Shown piece after piece: positions 28,896 through 38,862 of a DNA stretch of 64,000 nt. Where the stretch lies: contig CAZLCD010000001.1 in NCBI GenBank assembly GCA_964558375.1, positions 131,406 through 195,405 of the forward strand, in the 5' to 3' direction. A program made the position numbers and the translations under genes. Positions within the stretch are counted from its first letter, which is position 1. Each line of letters opens with the position of its first letter. Below the pieces are notes generated by a model, which was given only the letters and a program-made list of their open reading frames with translations, had not been told where the DNA came from and did no database searches. This DNA comes from an uncultured Candidatus Saccharibacteria bacterium. Its GTDB lineage: Bacteria > Patescibacteriota > Minisyncoccia > Phycocordibacterales > PALSA-1337.

Positions 28896-29756
28896 ATGAA
28901 AAGTTATAGACCAAACACACCATCAAGAAGACATATGACCACAGTTCCATTCCGGGACTACCTTACTGTCTCTGAGCCACACAAAGCCCTTACAAAGGGA
29001 ATGAAGAGAGATATGGGAAGAAATGCCTTCGGTCGCATAACTGTTCGTCACAAGGGTGGTGGACACAAGAAGCTTTATAGAATGGTTGACTTTTCTTATA
29101 ACAAAAAAGACGTACCAGCAAAGATTACTACTATCGAATACGATCCTTTCAGAACTGGCTTCATCGCTCTTGTCCAATACGCTGACGGTGAAAAGAGATA
29201 TGTCCTTGTTCCAAAAAGTATGAAAGTTGGAGACAAGTTTATTGTTTCTGAAACTGCAAACATAGAAACAGGTAACAGACTTCCTTTGAGAAAAATCCCT
29301 GTTGGTGCCTTTGTTTACAATATCGAGATCAAGCCACAAGGTGGAGCAAAGCTCGTTCGTTCTGCCGGATCATTTGCTCAAGTTATCGCAAACGATGCAG
29401 GTTATACTCATATCAAACTTCCTTCAACTGAGATACGTAAGGTTCATGACAATGCTTGGGCAACTATCGGTACAGTTTCAAATGATGAAAATCGTTTGGT
29501 AAATATCGGTAAAGCCGGCCGAACTCGATGGCTCGGTATCCGTCCTACTGTTCGAGGTTCTGCTCAAAACCCTGTGGATCACCCATACGGAGGAGGTGAA
29601 CAGAGAACAGGTAGAGGATTGAGAAGATTGAAAACTCGATGGGGTAAGCCAGCCGGAAAGGGTCAGAAGACCAGAACCCCGAAGAAGTATTCAAATGTCT
29701 TCGTTGTCTCACGTCGTCGAGTGGGCAAGAATAAGAATGTAGAAGTTAATGGCTAA
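28896..29756 (+). CDS. rplB: 50S ribosomal protein L2
   Basis: Conserved L2 (GGGHKKLYR, NPVDHPYGGGE). Confidence 0.95.
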   Translation: MKSYRPNTPSRRHMTTVPFRDYLTVSEPHKALTKGMKRDMGRNAFGRITVRHKGGGHKKLYRMVDFSYNKKDVPAKITTIEYDPFRTGFIALVQYADGEKRYVLVPKSMKVGDKFIVSETANIETGNRLPLRKIPVGAFVYNIEIKPQGGAKLVRSAGSFAQVIANDAGYTHIKLPSTEIRKVHDNAWATIGTVSNDENRLVNIGKAGRTRWLGIRPTVRGSAQNPVDHPYGGGEQRTGRGLRRLKTRWGKPAGKGQKTRTPKKYSNVFVVSRRRVGKNKNVEVNG

Positions 29757-29825
29757 TAAAATCATTAAGTCTACAAAATCTTTCATAGATCGGTTCGTAA
29801 GTTTCCTGATCTATAAGATAAATTC

Positions 29826-29853
29826 TTGACTTAATGAGATATTTTGCTAGTAT
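29826..29853 (+). promoter_or_regulatory. Putative internal promoter (TTGACT-16-TAGTAT) before rpsS
   Basis: Consensus-like hexamers in the 105-bp rplB-rpsS spacer; adjacent 7-bp inverted repeat ATAGATC/GATCTAT. Confidence 0.3.
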
Positions 29854-29861
29854 AAAAAACT

Positions 29862-30209
29862 ATGTCACGATCACTTTATAAAGGACCATACGTCGAAGAG
29901 CGACTCTTGAAAAAGATAGCTGGAAAGAAACCTACTGAAACTGGGGTTATTAAGACATGGTATAGAAGAAGTCAGATCTCTCCAGAAATGGTCGGCTTCA
30001 TCTTTGGTGTTTATAATGGTCGACAACATGTCGAAGTTCTTGTTTCTGAAGAAATGGTAGGACATAGACTAGGTGAATTTTCTCCAACAAGAAAATTCAT
30101 AAGACATGGAGGAAAGATGCAGAAGGAGCTTGAAATGAAGGCCAAGGAAGCTGAGGTTAATGCTGCAAAATCAGCAAAGGAAGCTGTCGCAGCTCCAGCT
30201 AAAAAATAA
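29862..30209 (+). CDS. rpsS: 30S ribosomal protein S19 (K/E/A-rich C-terminal extension)
   Basis: [11 protein letters not shown]...NGRQHV. Confidence 0.9.
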   Translation: MSRSLYKGPYVEERLLKKIAGKKPTETGVIKTWYRRSQISPEMVGFIFGVYNGRQHVEVLVSEEMVGHRLGEFSPTRKFIRHGGKMQKELEMKAKEAEVNAAKSAKEAVAAPAKK

Positions 30210-30219
30210 TACATAATAT

Positions 30220-30594
30220 ATGATTACCGCATCACTAAAAAACTATAGACAATCACCAAGAAAAGTTAGAACTGTAGCAAACCTCGTGCGCGGTAAATCT
30301 GTAGAAAACGCTTTAAATACACTAAGTTTTTTGAGTAAAAAGGCCGCAGACCCACTTTATATTTTACTCATGTCAGCTATTGCCAATGCCAAGAACAATT
30401 TTCAAATAGAAAAAGATATTCTAGTTGTCAAAGAATTGAGAGTAGATGCAGGAAAAGTTTTAAAAAGAAGAATGCCAAGAGCTCGTGGTAACTCTTATCC
30501 TATAAACAAAAGAACTAGTCATGTCAGTCTAGTTTTGGAGCCAATGAAAGAAAAGGCTGTCAAAATAGCAAAAACAGAAAAAATTAAAAAATAA
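30220..30594 (+). CDS. rplV: 50S ribosomal protein L22
   Basis: Conserved L22. Confidence 0.9.
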   Translation: MITASLKNYRQSPRKVRTVANLVRGKSVENALNTLSFLSKKAADPLYILLMSAIANAKNNFQIEKDILVVKELRVDAGKVLKRRMPRARGNSYPINKRTSHVSLVLEPMKEKAVKIAKTEKIKK

Positions 30595-30598
30595 TTAT

Positions 30599-31288
30599 AT
30601 GTCACATTCAGTACACCCATATTCACATAGACTAGGAGTTATACGAGATTGGAAGAGTCGTTGGATTGCTCGTGATAAAAATTATCGCACAGCTCTTAAG
30701 GTTGATCTTCTTATCAGACAATTCCTTACAAAAGAACTTCGAACATTCTATCTTTCAGATATTCAAATAGAGAGAAATCAAAAGTCTTTACGTGTGATCA
30801 TCCGTAGTTCACGTCCTGGTATGATCATCGGTAGAAGTGGTGATGGTATGACAAAGCTTCATGACAAGATCGTCGCTTTTCTAAAGAAGAAGGGAGTTAT
30901 TATGTCTGAACATCTTTCTGGACAAGAGCTGAAGCTCGACATTGAAGAAGTCAGAAATCCAGAGGCTAATGCAGCGATTGTCGCTATGATGGTGGCTGAA
31001 GGTCTAGAAAAACGTCTACCTTTCCGAAGAGTTTTGAAGCAGACTCTTGAAAAGATTATTGCAAGCAAGGAAGTTAAGGGAGCAAAGATAAAACTTTCTG
31101 GTCGTCTTGGCGGTGCAGAAATGGCACGAAGAGAAGATCTTAAGAAGGGTCAGATTCCTCTACAAACATTGCGTGCAGATATTGATTTTGCTCGAGAGAA
31201 GGCTCATATGACTTATGGAGACATAGGTATAAAGGTCTGGATATACAAGGGTCAGATTTTCGAGAAAGACCTTAAAAATATAAAATAA
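30599..31288 (+). CDS. rpsC: 30S ribosomal protein S3
   Basis: Conserved S3 (KH domain, GRLGGAEMAR). Confidence 0.9.
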   Translation: MSHSVHPYSHRLGVIRDWKSRWIARDKNYRTALKVDLLIRQFLTKELRTFYLSDIQIERNQKSLRVIIRSSRPGMIIGRSGDGMTKLHDKIVAFLKKKGVIMSEHLSGQELKLDIEEVRNPEANAAIVAMMVAEGLEKRLPFRRVLKQTLEKIIASKEVKGAKIKLSGRLGGAEMARREDLKKGQIPLQTLRADIDFAREKAHMTYGDIGIKVWIYKGQIFEKDLKNIK

Positions 31289-31292
31289 TCAC

Positions 31293-31724
31293 ATGTTATT
31301 TCCTAAAAAAGTAAAATTCAGAAAGTGGCATACAGGCCGAACAAATGCAAAAAAGCTTGCAAATAGTGTTGAAACTCGTGGCACAAAAGTTTCTTTCGGC
31401 TCTTATGGTTTGAAAGCTCTGAAATATGGAAGACTTTCTTCAAATGAAATAGAAGCTGCTCGTAAGGTTATGGCACGTTATGCTACAAAGTCTGGAAAGG
31501 TTTGGGTGCGTATCTTCCCAGATAGACCATTTACACAGAAGCCTGCAGAGGTTAAGCTTGGAAAGGGTAAGGGAGAACCTATGGGATTCGTAGCTCAGGT
31601 CAAGGCTGGACGCGTTCTCTTTGAAATTGACGGAGTTGATGATAAGGTAGCACAAGAGGCTTTGAGAAAGGCTGGTACAAAGATTTCAATAAAGACCAAG
31701 ATAGTTAGTAGAAACCTAATGTAA
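31293..31724 (+). CDS. rplP: 50S ribosomal protein L16
   Basis: Conserved L16. Confidence 0.9.
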   Translation: MLFPKKVKFRKWHTGRTNAKKLANSVETRGTKVSFGSYGLKALKYGRLSSNEIEAARKVMARYATKSGKVWVRIFPDRPFTQKPAEVKLGKGKGEPMGFVAQVKAGRVLFEIDGVDDKVAQEALRKAGTKISIKTKIVSRNLM

Positions 31725-31728
31725 AGAT

Positions 31729-31917
31729 ATGAAAGAACTTAAAAACAAAACCCCACAAGAACTAAAGAAGCTCATTACCGAGAAGAATGAAGTTCTACGT
31801 AATTTTAGATTCGGTTCTACTGGTAGTAAGACTAAAAATGTTAAACTTGGCTATACCACAAAAAAAGAGATAGCAAGGATTATGACAGAATTAAGTATTA
31901 GAAAACATGCAAAATAA
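31729..31917 (+). CDS. rpmC: 50S ribosomal protein L29
   Basis: Conserved L29. Confidence 0.85.
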   Translation: MKELKNKTPQELKKLITEKNEVLRNFRFGSTGSKTKNVKLGYTTKKEIARIMTELSIRKHAK

Positions 31918-32167
31918 AACATCACAAAAGAATACTGAAGTAAGACACAAGACATTATCTGGTGTGGTAGTTTCTGACAAGATGAAGGACACTATCGTTG
32001 TTCGTGTTGGCAGATTCGTAAAGAATGAAAAATACAAAAAATACGTCACTTCTCACAAGCGTTACAAAGTTCACGACGCTGGTAATACCAAGAAAATCGG
32101 TGACAAGGTAATGATCGAGTCATGCAGACCTATGTCAAAGGACAAGTCATTTAAAGTAATCGCATAA
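31907..32167 (+). CDS. rpsQ: 30S ribosomal protein S17
   Basis: Conserved S17; overlaps rpmC by 11 nt. Confidence 0.9.
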   Translation: MQNKTSQKNTEVRHKTLSGVVVSDKMKDTIVVRVGRFVKNEKYKKYVTSHKRYKVHDAGNTKKIGDKVMIESCRPMSKDKSFKVIA

Positions 32168-32177
32168 TACAAATACC

Positions 32178-32549
32178 ATGATACAACCACGATCAATAGT
32201 AAGAATAACAGATAATTGCGGAGCAAAAATTGGCCGTATTTTCAAAGTGCTCGGAAGTTCAAAGAAGCGATACGCGGAGATAGGCGACCTTGTGATCCTC
32301 TCTGTACAAAAGGCAGAACCAAGAAAGGCTATCAAGAAGAAGGATGTATTACAGGGTGTAGTAGTTCGCCAAGTAAAAGCTTTTCGAAGAAAGGATGGTT
32401 CTTATATTCGCTTCGACGAAAACGCTGTAGTTATCCTTGAAAAAGGCAAGAAGGAGCCGATAGCTGGACGTATCTTCGGCCCTATCCCTCGCGAGCTTGG
32501 TGAAAAAGGTTTTCAAACTATTGCTTCAAAGGCACCAGAGATTGTATAA
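32178..32549 (+). CDS. rplN: 50S ribosomal protein L14
   Basis: MIQPRSIVRITDNCGAK. Confidence 0.95.
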   Translation: MIQPRSIVRITDNCGAKIGRIFKVLGSSKKRYAEIGDLVILSVQKAEPRKAIKKKDVLQGVVVRQVKAFRRKDGSYIRFDENAVVILEKGKKEPIAGRIFGPIPRELGEKGFQTIASKAPEIV

Positions 32550-32565
32550 ATTTTAATAAAAGATT

Positions 32566-32826
32566 ATGAAAATAAAAAAGGATGACAATGTAATAGTGCT
32601 AGCAGGAAAGGATAAGGGTAAAACCGGTAAGGTTATAAAAGCTATGCCAAAAGAAAATCGCGTAGTTGTTTCTGGTGTAAATATGTTTAAGAAAAACCAG
32701 AGAGCTCGTAAGCAAGGTCAAAAGGGTCAGGTTATAGAGGTAAATGGTTCTATCAATGTCTCAAACGTCGCGCTTGTGAGTGAATTTAAAAAAGAAACTA
32801 AAGCAAAGAAGGTCGCTAAGAAATAA
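32566..32826 (+). CDS. rplX: 50S ribosomal protein L24
   Basis: [23 protein letters not shown]. Confidence 0.9.
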   Translation: MKIKKDDNVIVLAGKDKGKTGKVIKAMPKENRVVVSGVNMFKKNQRARKQGQKGQVIEVNGSINVSNVALVSEFKKETKAKKVAKK

Positions 32827-32835
32827 AGAAATAAT

Positions 32836-33411
32836 ATGAAACCACATACACATACAGCAAAGCCAACATTTGAAATGAATAAGGAGTCCTTCAAGGCTCT
32901 CAAGGAAAAGTTCGACTACAAAAATGTCATGCAAGCGCCAAAGCTTACTAAGCTCGTGATCAGTACTGGTACGGGATCAGTGAAAGACAAGAAAAAGATC
33001 GAACTTATAGCTGATCGTCTAGCAAAGATCACAGGTCAGAAACCAGCTCCTCGTTCAAGTAAGAAATCAATTGCTTCTTTCAAAGTGCGACAAGGTGACC
33101 TTGTTGGATATCAGATCACTCTTCGTGGCAAGAGAATGGCAGACTTTATCGACAAGCTTGTGCATATCGCTCTTCCTCGTACAAAAGACTTTCGTGGTAT
33201 CTCAAAGACTGCTGTAGATGAAATGGGGAACTATACTCTAGGTATTAAGGAACACACTATCTTCCCAGAAACCGCAGATGAAGATCTAAAGGATGTTTTT
33301 GGTTTTGCTATGACTATCGTTACTACTTCAAAGAAGAAAGAAGAAACTCTAGCTTTCCTAGAATATCTCGGTTTTCCATTTAAGAAAGAGGAAGTGAAGA
33401 AGGGGAAGTAG
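32836..33411 (+). CDS. rplE: 50S ribosomal protein L5
   Basis: Conserved L5. Confidence 0.9.
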   Translation: MKPHTHTAKPTFEMNKESFKALKEKFDYKNVMQAPKLTKLVISTGTGSVKDKKKIELIADRLAKITGQKPAPRSSKKSIASFKVRQGDLVGYQITLRGKRMADFIDKLVHIALPRTKDFRGISKTAVDEMGNYTLGIKEHTIFPETADEDLKDVFGFAMTIVTTSKKKEETLAFLEYLGFPFKKEEVKKGK

Positions 33412-33551
33412 GGTTGAAAAATTTGTTTATTTTAGTTAACTTTGATATCATTCTCTTTATCATCTGAAGACTGGAAAATCCCCGCCCAGCGCTCTCCTAG
33501 AGAGAGGCATGTATGTGAGAACTTGGGGTCTCACCAGAACTAAAAACGGTT

Positions 33552-33576
33552 GGAAGTTTACCTTCCAGCCTTTTTA
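33552..33576 (+). terminator. Hairpin + T-run on plus strand inside foreign insert
   Basis: GGAAGtttacCTTCC then agccTTTTT. Confidence 0.35.
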
Positions 33577-33619
33577 GTTCGCTAGAAGTAGGAGGTGAGT
33601 TTGGGAAAATAAAAAGGGA

Positions 33620-33656
33620 GGTAATAAAAAACAGGCGGTCATTTCTGAGCGCCTGT
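33620..33656 (-). terminator. Rho-independent terminator of minus-strand foreign ORF
   Basis: CAGGCG...CGCCTG stem followed by T6 on minus strand, directly downstream of ORF stop at 33716. Confidence 0.55.
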
Positions 33657-33715
33657 GTAAATCTTCGAAGCATTGAGATTTCTCCGGTTGCTTCACCGAG
33701 TGGACAAACCACCAT

Positions 33716-34150
33716 TCATTGCAAGAGGTACCAATCTGCATTGGCTTGCCAAGACTGACTGTCTTGCCGTATAAACCTAAATGCATTCCTGAGTGTGAGT
33801 TCATACCCAGCTTTAATGCCAGGTTCCAACATCATAACTTGGGGTTTCTGTTGCGTGCGCCAGTCACTGACAATGACTGTGCCCAGTTTGGTGACCTCAT
33901 CAACCATGAAGACACGAGAGGGTGAATCCAGTTTCTCTAAACTGTGCACCTCAACAAGGTCGCCCGTACGGAGCTTTTGTTGCTCCTGGACATATTGGGT
34001 GATGACGTGCTGGGTGGTGGTATGCAAACCAGCAAACCACCGCGCTTCTTCTTCGGCACTGATTGCCATCTGTCGCAAGAAGATAAGTGTGCTTGTCAGC
34101 AGCACGGCGGCGATAGCTGTTCCGATAGACAAGTAATCACGAGTTTTCAT
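33716..34150 (-). CDS. Membrane-anchored hypothetical protein of foreign (GC-rich, proteobacterial-like) composition inserted in ribosomal operon
   Basis: 144 aa, N-terminal TM (LSIGTAIAAVLLTSTLIFL); G+C visibly about 50% vs host about 35-40%; Q/R/W/A-rich unlike neighbouring K/I/N-rich proteins. Confidence 0.55.
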   Translation of the reverse strand: MKTRDYLSIGTAIAAVLLTSTLIFLRQMAISAEEEARWFAGLHTTTQHVITQYVQEQQKLRTGDLVEVHSLEKLDSPSRVFMVDEVTKLGTVIVSDWRTQQKPQVMMLEPGIKAGYELTLRNAFRFIRQDSQSWQANADWYLLQ

Positions 34151-34436
34151 AGATATAGATATTTTGTATTTTGTTTAGTGCAGTCATGATCTACTATTTT
34201 TCACTCAAGCGAGTGGTAATAGATCAATTTCCACACTAAACCTTTTCAAGGTGCTCAACACTATCTTTCTACATGATAGCATACTATACAGTATATGTCA
34301 AGATGACATTATTTACCTTATCTGATAGTATAAGCCAATCGTAAATAAGTGAGTGAAATAAAGAAAAAGTAGTGATCGGAAGCACAACCGCAAGGTATAG
34401 CTAACCAATCCTTATTTTTGTTAAAAAATCGTAAAA

Positions 34437-34622
34437 ATGGCAAAAAAATCAACAATAGCAAGATCAAGTAAAGCACCGAAATTCAAAAGTCGAGTGGTTC
34501 GACGTTGCTTCCGTTGCGGTCGAAAGAATGGCTATATGAGAGACTTTGACCTTTGCCGTATTTGTTTTAGAGAGTTCGCTAATGAAGGAGTTATTCCAGG
34601 AATAAAAAAATCATCATGGTAA
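34437..34622 (+). CDS. rpsN: 30S ribosomal protein S14 type Z (zinc-binding, 61 aa)
   Basis: CxxC...CxxC (RCFRCGR...CRICFRE). Confidence 0.9.
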   Translation: MAKKSTIARSSKAPKFKSRVVRRCFRCGRKNGYMRDFDLCRICFREFANEGVIPGIKKSSW

Positions 34623-35008
34623 CAGACCCTATCGCAGATTTTATCGTAAGAATCAAGAATGCTAGTGATGCTCGCAAGGCTTCAGTTTCTATACCTTACT
34701 CTATTTTAAAAGAAAGTATTGCTCACACTTTGGTAAAGGGCGGGTATATCAATGCTGTTGAAAGTAAGGGTAAGAAAATCGACAAGACACTAGAGATCAC
34801 ACTTACTTATATCGGCAAAGAGCCAAGACTTCATGGTATCGATCGTATCTCTAAGCCTTCTCGAAGAATTTATCAAAAATCAAAAGACATCAGAATGTTT
34901 AAGAGTGGTTTTGGAAATGTAATACTTTCTACACCACAAGGTATTTATCTTGATGCTGATGCAAAGAAAGCAAAGGTCGGAGGCGAGGTTTTATTTAAAA
35001 TCTGGTAA
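34616..35008 (+). CDS. rpsH: 30S ribosomal protein S8
   Basis: MVTDPIADFIVRIKNA. Confidence 0.9.
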   Translation: MVTDPIADFIVRIKNASDARKASVSIPYSILKESIAHTLVKGGYINAVESKGKKIDKTLEITLTYIGKEPRLHGIDRISKPSRRIYQKSKDIRMFKSGFGNVILSTPQGIYLDADAKKAKVGGEVLFKIW

Positions 35009-35019
35009 TAAAAAATTAT

Positions 35020-35553
35020 ATGTCACGAATCGCAAAAAAACCTATTTTGATACCAGAAAAAACCGATGTCTCTTTTGCATCAGGAATTTTGACTGTCAAA
35101 GGTCCTTTGGGGGAAATTAAAAAATCTCTACGCTCTGAGATTGATGTAAAGATAGACGGCGGACAGATTTCTCTTATACCAGAAAGACAATCTCTAGATA
35201 TACTTGCTCTATGGGGAACATACGCTTCTCATATACGTAATATGATAGAGGGAGTTCATAAAGCTTTCGAAAAGAAACTGATCGTAGAAGGTATCGGTTT
35301 TAAGTCTGATGTAAAAGGCACCGAGCTACACCTTGCTCTAGGTTTCTCTCATCCAGTTGTCAAAAAGATTCCAGAAGGATTGAAGGTTACAGCCGAAAAG
35401 AATATCATTACAGTTTCTGGAATTGATATTGAAAAGGTGGGACAGTTTGTAGCTCAGGTTCGTGCCTTGAAAAAGCCAGAACCTTATAAGGGTAAGGGTA
35501 TTCGATATAGTGATGAAACTATACGAAGAAAGCAAGGTAAGAAATCTGTATAA
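35020..35553 (+). CDS. rplF: 50S ribosomal protein L6
   Basis: Conserved L6. Confidence 0.9.
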   Translation: MSRIAKKPILIPEKTDVSFASGILTVKGPLGEIKKSLRSEIDVKIDGGQISLIPERQSLDILALWGTYASHIRNMIEGVHKAFEKKLIVEGIGFKSDVKGTELHLALGFSHPVVKKIPEGLKVTAEKNIITVSGIDIEKVGQFVAQVRALKKPEPYKGKGIRYSDETIRRKQGKKSV

Positions 35554-35563
35554 AGATAAATAT

Positions 35564-35887
35564 ATGAATACAAGTAAACAAAAACAATTAAAAATTTCTA
35601 GAAGACACAAAAAGATCAGATCTATATTGTCTGGAACAGCTTTGCGCCCACGTCTTTCAGTCTTTAAGTCTAATAAATTTCTCTATGCTCAGCTTATAGA
35701 TGATGAAAAAGGTAATACTCTTGCTCAAGCAAACTCTCACGATGCAAAAAAGGTTGGTGATGAGATAGCTAAGAAAGCAAAGACTTTGAAGATTGATAAG
35801 GTGGTTTTTGATCGAGGCGGATACCTTTACACTGGCAAGATAAAGTTGATTGCCGATTCAGCTAGAGAAGGAGGCCTTAATTTTTAA
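35564..35887 (+). CDS. rplR: 50S ribosomal protein L18
   Basis: RRHKKIRS...[11 protein letters not shown]; ATG after rplF stop. Confidence 0.85.
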   Translation: MNTSKQKQLKISRRHKKIRSILSGTALRPRLSVFKSNKFLYAQLIDDEKGNTLAQANSHDAKKVGDEIAKKAKTLKIDKVVFDRGGYLYTGKIKLIADSAREGGLNF

Positions 35888-35895
35888 TAAATAAT

Positions 35896-36519
35896 ATGGA
35901 TAAAGATACACAAACAATTGAACAAGAGGTACCAGTAATTGCGGATATTGTTGCACCTACTCCTTCTTCTGCAGCTCCTGCTCCAAGACAATCTTTCAGA
36001 GACTCACGCCCACCTCGTGGTGGCAAAAGACCTGCTCGTTCTGATAAAGAAAGAGTAAAGCCTGAGTTCGATACAAAGATTATTGCTATCCGTCGCGTAA
36101 CTCGAGTAGCATCTGGAGGTAGAAGATTTACTTTTTCTGTAGCAGTAGTTTCTGGAGATAGAAAGGGTAAGGTTGGAGTTGGTCTTGGTAAGGCTGGAGA
36201 CACTTCTCTTGCTATAGACAAGGCGACAAGAAATGCAAAGAAAAATATGATAAAAGTTACACTTTCTCAGTCTATGAATATACCTCATATGGTTGAAGCA
36301 AAGTATTCTAGTGCAAGAGTTATGATCATGCCAGCAAGAGGACGAGGGGTAGTAGCTGGAAGTGCTGTGCGCAATGTTATCGAACTTGCAGGTATTAAGG
36401 ATGTCTGTGCAAAACTCCTTTCTGGAAGTAAGAACAAGCTCAATATAGCTCGTGTTACTATCAAGGCTCTCGAGAAACTTTCCAAAAATCCTCGAACGAT
36501 TTTATCAGAAAAAATATAA
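35896..36519 (+). CDS. rpsE: 30S ribosomal protein S5 (with about 50-aa Pro/Ala/Arg-rich N-terminal extension)
   Basis: Conserved S5 core IRRVTRVASGGRRF. Confidence 0.9.
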   Translation: MDKDTQTIEQEVPVIADIVAPTPSSAAPAPRQSFRDSRPPRGGKRPARSDKERVKPEFDTKIIAIRRVTRVASGGRRFTFSVAVVSGDRKGKVGVGLGKAGDTSLAIDKATRNAKKNMIKVTLSQSMNIPHMVEAKYSSARVMIMPARGRGVVAGSAVRNVIELAGIKDVCAKLLSGSKNKLNIARVTIKALEKLSKNPRTILSEKI

Positions 36520-36528
36520 TACACTACC

Positions 36529-36969
36529 ATGCAACTCAATAATCTAATTCCAAAAACAAAAAACAAAAAGGCAATGCTTGTTGGTCGTGGAGGTAAAAGA
36601 GGTAAAACTTCAGGACGAGGTGGAAAGGGTCAGACAGCTCGTGCCGGTAACAAGAAGCGTCCAGAACTCAGAGACTTTATTAAAAGAATTCCTAAGCTTC
36701 GTGGTCGTGGAGTCAATCAAAACAAAAGTCCAAACACAAAGCCAACTATCGTAAACTTAAGTGATATCGAAGTTGTATTTGAAAATGGTTCTATAGTTTC
36801 TCCTGCTACTCTTATTGAAAAAAGAACCATCTCTACATTGGATGGTAGAATACCTCAAGTAAAGATTCTTGGTTCTGGAGATTTTACAAAGAAAATAACC
36901 ATCGAAGGTTGTCTGATTTCAGCTCAAGCAAAAGAGAAGGTGGAAAAGGCTGGGGGTATGGTAAAATAA
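36529..36969 (+). CDS. rplO: 50S ribosomal protein L15
   Basis: Conserved L15; follows rpsE directly (no rpmD/L30 between). Confidence 0.9.
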   Translation: MQLNNLIPKTKNKKAMLVGRGGKRGKTSGRGGKGQTARAGNKKRPELRDFIKRIPKLRGRGVNQNKSPNTKPTIVNLSDIEVVFENGSIVSPATLIEKRTISTLDGRIPQVKILGSGDFTKKITIEGCLISAQAKEKVEKAGGMVK

Positions 36970-36981
36970 ACATTAAATAAC

Positions 36982-38256
36982 ATGAAAAAACTTCTCGAAA
37001 AAATAACCGTCGTTCTTCGGGATCCTACATTGAGAAGACGAATAGGTTTTACGATAGGGGCACTCGTATTGTTCCGCCTTCTTTCGGCTATACCTGTGCC
37101 TGGTATCGACATTGCTAGTCTAGAAAGACTTCTTTCTGGTAATCAATTCCTAGGTCTTCTCGATATATTTTCTGGAGGAGGAGTCTCTAGACTTTCTATA
37201 GTTATGCTCGGTGTCGGACCTTACATCACTGGATCTATCATTATGCAACTTTTGACTATGATGTTCCCAAAGATGAAAGCTATGATGCAAGAAGAAGGTG
37301 AGGCTGGAAGACAAAAGCTTTCTAATTATTCAAGACTTATCTCAGTACCTCTAGCTGCTCTACAAGCTTTTGCTTTTATTAGTCTTTTTCAAAGTCAAAA
37401 TGTTCTTCCACAGTTCAACGGTATGGAATTATTTGTAAGTATCGTTGTGATCACCGCTGGTTCTGTACTACTTATGTGGATCGGTGAACTTATCTCAGAG
37501 TTTGGTATTGGTAATGGAGTATCCCTCATTATCTTTGCTGGTATCGTTGCGGTTTTGCCTCAAAGAATATTCCAGTTTATTGCAAAGTTCACTCCAGATC
37601 AGATACCTTTCTACCTTTTGTTCCTTGTAGTCGCTCTTGTTGTTATCATCGGTGTAGTTGTTGTAACTGAAGCAGAAAGATCCGTATCTGTAACATATGC
37701 AAAACAGGTAAGAGGTAACAAAGTTTATGGTGGAGTGTCTACATATTTACCATTAAGACTAAACCAAGCTGGAGTTATTCCAATTATCTTTGCTCTCTCA
37801 ATACTTCTTTTCCCTCAGATTATTGCCAACTTCTTTGCAAAATCTGCAAACTTAACTATAGCTGACTTCTCATCATTAGTCTTAAGTTTTCTAGCTAATC
37901 CATGGATATATGCAGCTACATATTTCTTCTTAGTTTTTGTTTTCACTTACTTCTACACTGCTGTGACTTTTGACCCAAAGCAGATCTCAGAAAACTTACA
38001 GAAAGGCGGAGCATTCATTCCTGGAGTTCGTCCTGGAGAAGCTACAATGGATTATCTTGCAAAGATCGTGACACGCATTACACTTGTTGGTGCTTTATTC
38101 CTCGGACTTATCGCAGTTTTGCCGAACGTTATACAAGGTATACAGGGTGGTGACCAGACATTTGCTATCGGTGGTACAGCGCTACTTATCGTCGTATCTG
38201 TAGTACTTGACCTATTGAAGAAAATCGATGCACAGGTCTCAATGAGAGAATATTAG
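36982..38256 (+). CDS. secY: Preprotein translocase SecY
   Basis: 10-TM, conserved SecY motifs. Confidence 0.95.
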   Translation: MKKLLEKITVVLRDPTLRRRIGFTIGALVLFRLLSAIPVPGIDIASLERLLSGNQFLGLLDIFSGGGVSRLSIVMLGVGPYITGSIIMQLLTMMFPKMKAMMQEEGEAGRQKLSNYSRLISVPLAALQAFAFISLFQSQNVLPQFNGMELFVSIVVITAGSVLLMWIGELISEFGIGNGVSLIIFAGIVAVLPQRIFQFIAKFTPDQIPFYLLFLVVALVVIIGVVVVTEAERSVSVTYAKQVRGNKVYGGVSTYLPLRLNQAGVIPIIFALSILLFPQIIANFFAKSANLTIADFSSLVLSFLANPWIYAATYFFLVFVFTYFYTAVTFDPKQISENLQKGGAFIPGVRPGEATMDYLAKIVTRITLVGALFLGLIAVLPNVIQGIQGGDQTFAIGGTALLIVVSVVLDLLKKIDAQVSMREY

Positions 38257-38267
38257 AACTAGAGCTC

Positions 38268-38861
38268 ATGACTCAACAAACCTTTATTTTTATAGGACGC
38301 TCAGGTTGCGGTAAAGGTACTCAGGCCAAACTACTTTCAGATTATTTAAAATCAAAAGATCCAGAAAAAGAAGTTCTATATATTCAAAGTGGAGGAGAGT
38401 TTCGTGAATTTATAAAAGGATCTTCTACTACTCAAAAGCTGTCAAAAGATATATATGATGTAGGTGGACTACAACCAGAGTTTTTGGCTGTATATATGTG
38501 GGTCAATGTTTTGGTTAATAAGTATAAAGATGGCGAACATCTAATAATGGATGGCATGCCTCGTAAGTATCATGAAGCGGGAGTACTAGATTCTATTTTT
38601 GATTTTTATAAAATTAAAAATCCGATTGTTATAAATATTGATATAAGCAAAGAATCCTCCATCAATCGTCTACTCGCAAGAAAAAGATACGATGATAATC
38701 GAGAAGACATTGCAGAGCGTCTGTCATGGTATGAAACTGATGTTGTGCCAGCTATGGATTATTATAAAAACAACAAGAATTATAGCTTCTTCGTAATAGA
38801 TGGAGAGAAAGGTATTGAGGCTATTCATCAAGAGATTTTGGAAAAAGCTGGATTGAAATAA
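38268..38861 (+). CDS. adk: Adenylate kinase-like nucleoside monophosphate kinase (atypical P-loop GRSGCGKGTQA)
   Basis: P-loop GxxGxGKGTQ, operon position after secY. Confidence 0.65.
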   Translation: MTQQTFIFIGRSGCGKGTQAKLLSDYLKSKDPEKEVLYIQSGGEFREFIKGSSTTQKLSKDIYDVGGLQPEFLAVYMWVNVLVNKYKDGEHLIMDGMPRKYHEAGVLDSIFDFYKIKNPIVINIDISKESSINRLLARKRYDDNREDIAERLSWYETDVVPAMDYYKNNKNYSFFVIDGEKGIEAIHQEILEKAGLK

Positions 38862-38862
38862 A

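Noticed and set aside
33719-34189. Three plus-strand ORFs (68, 113, 81 aa) overlapping the foreign minus-strand ORF
   Set aside because: GC-rich DNA yields spurious long ORFs in all frames; only the minus-strand ORF has a start context, TM-anchored protein-like composition and a downstream terminator.
35877-36566. Minus-strand ORFs antisense to rpsE/rplO (114, 94, 93 aa)
   Set aside because: Inside conserved ribosomal genes; no RBS/promoter; frame artefacts.
38268-38861. adk with Cys in P-loop (GRSGCGKGTQA), considered as a different NMP kinase
   Set aside because: Operon position (secY-adk-map) and the GKGTQ core favour adenylate kinase; the atypical P-loop is noted but insufficient to reassign.
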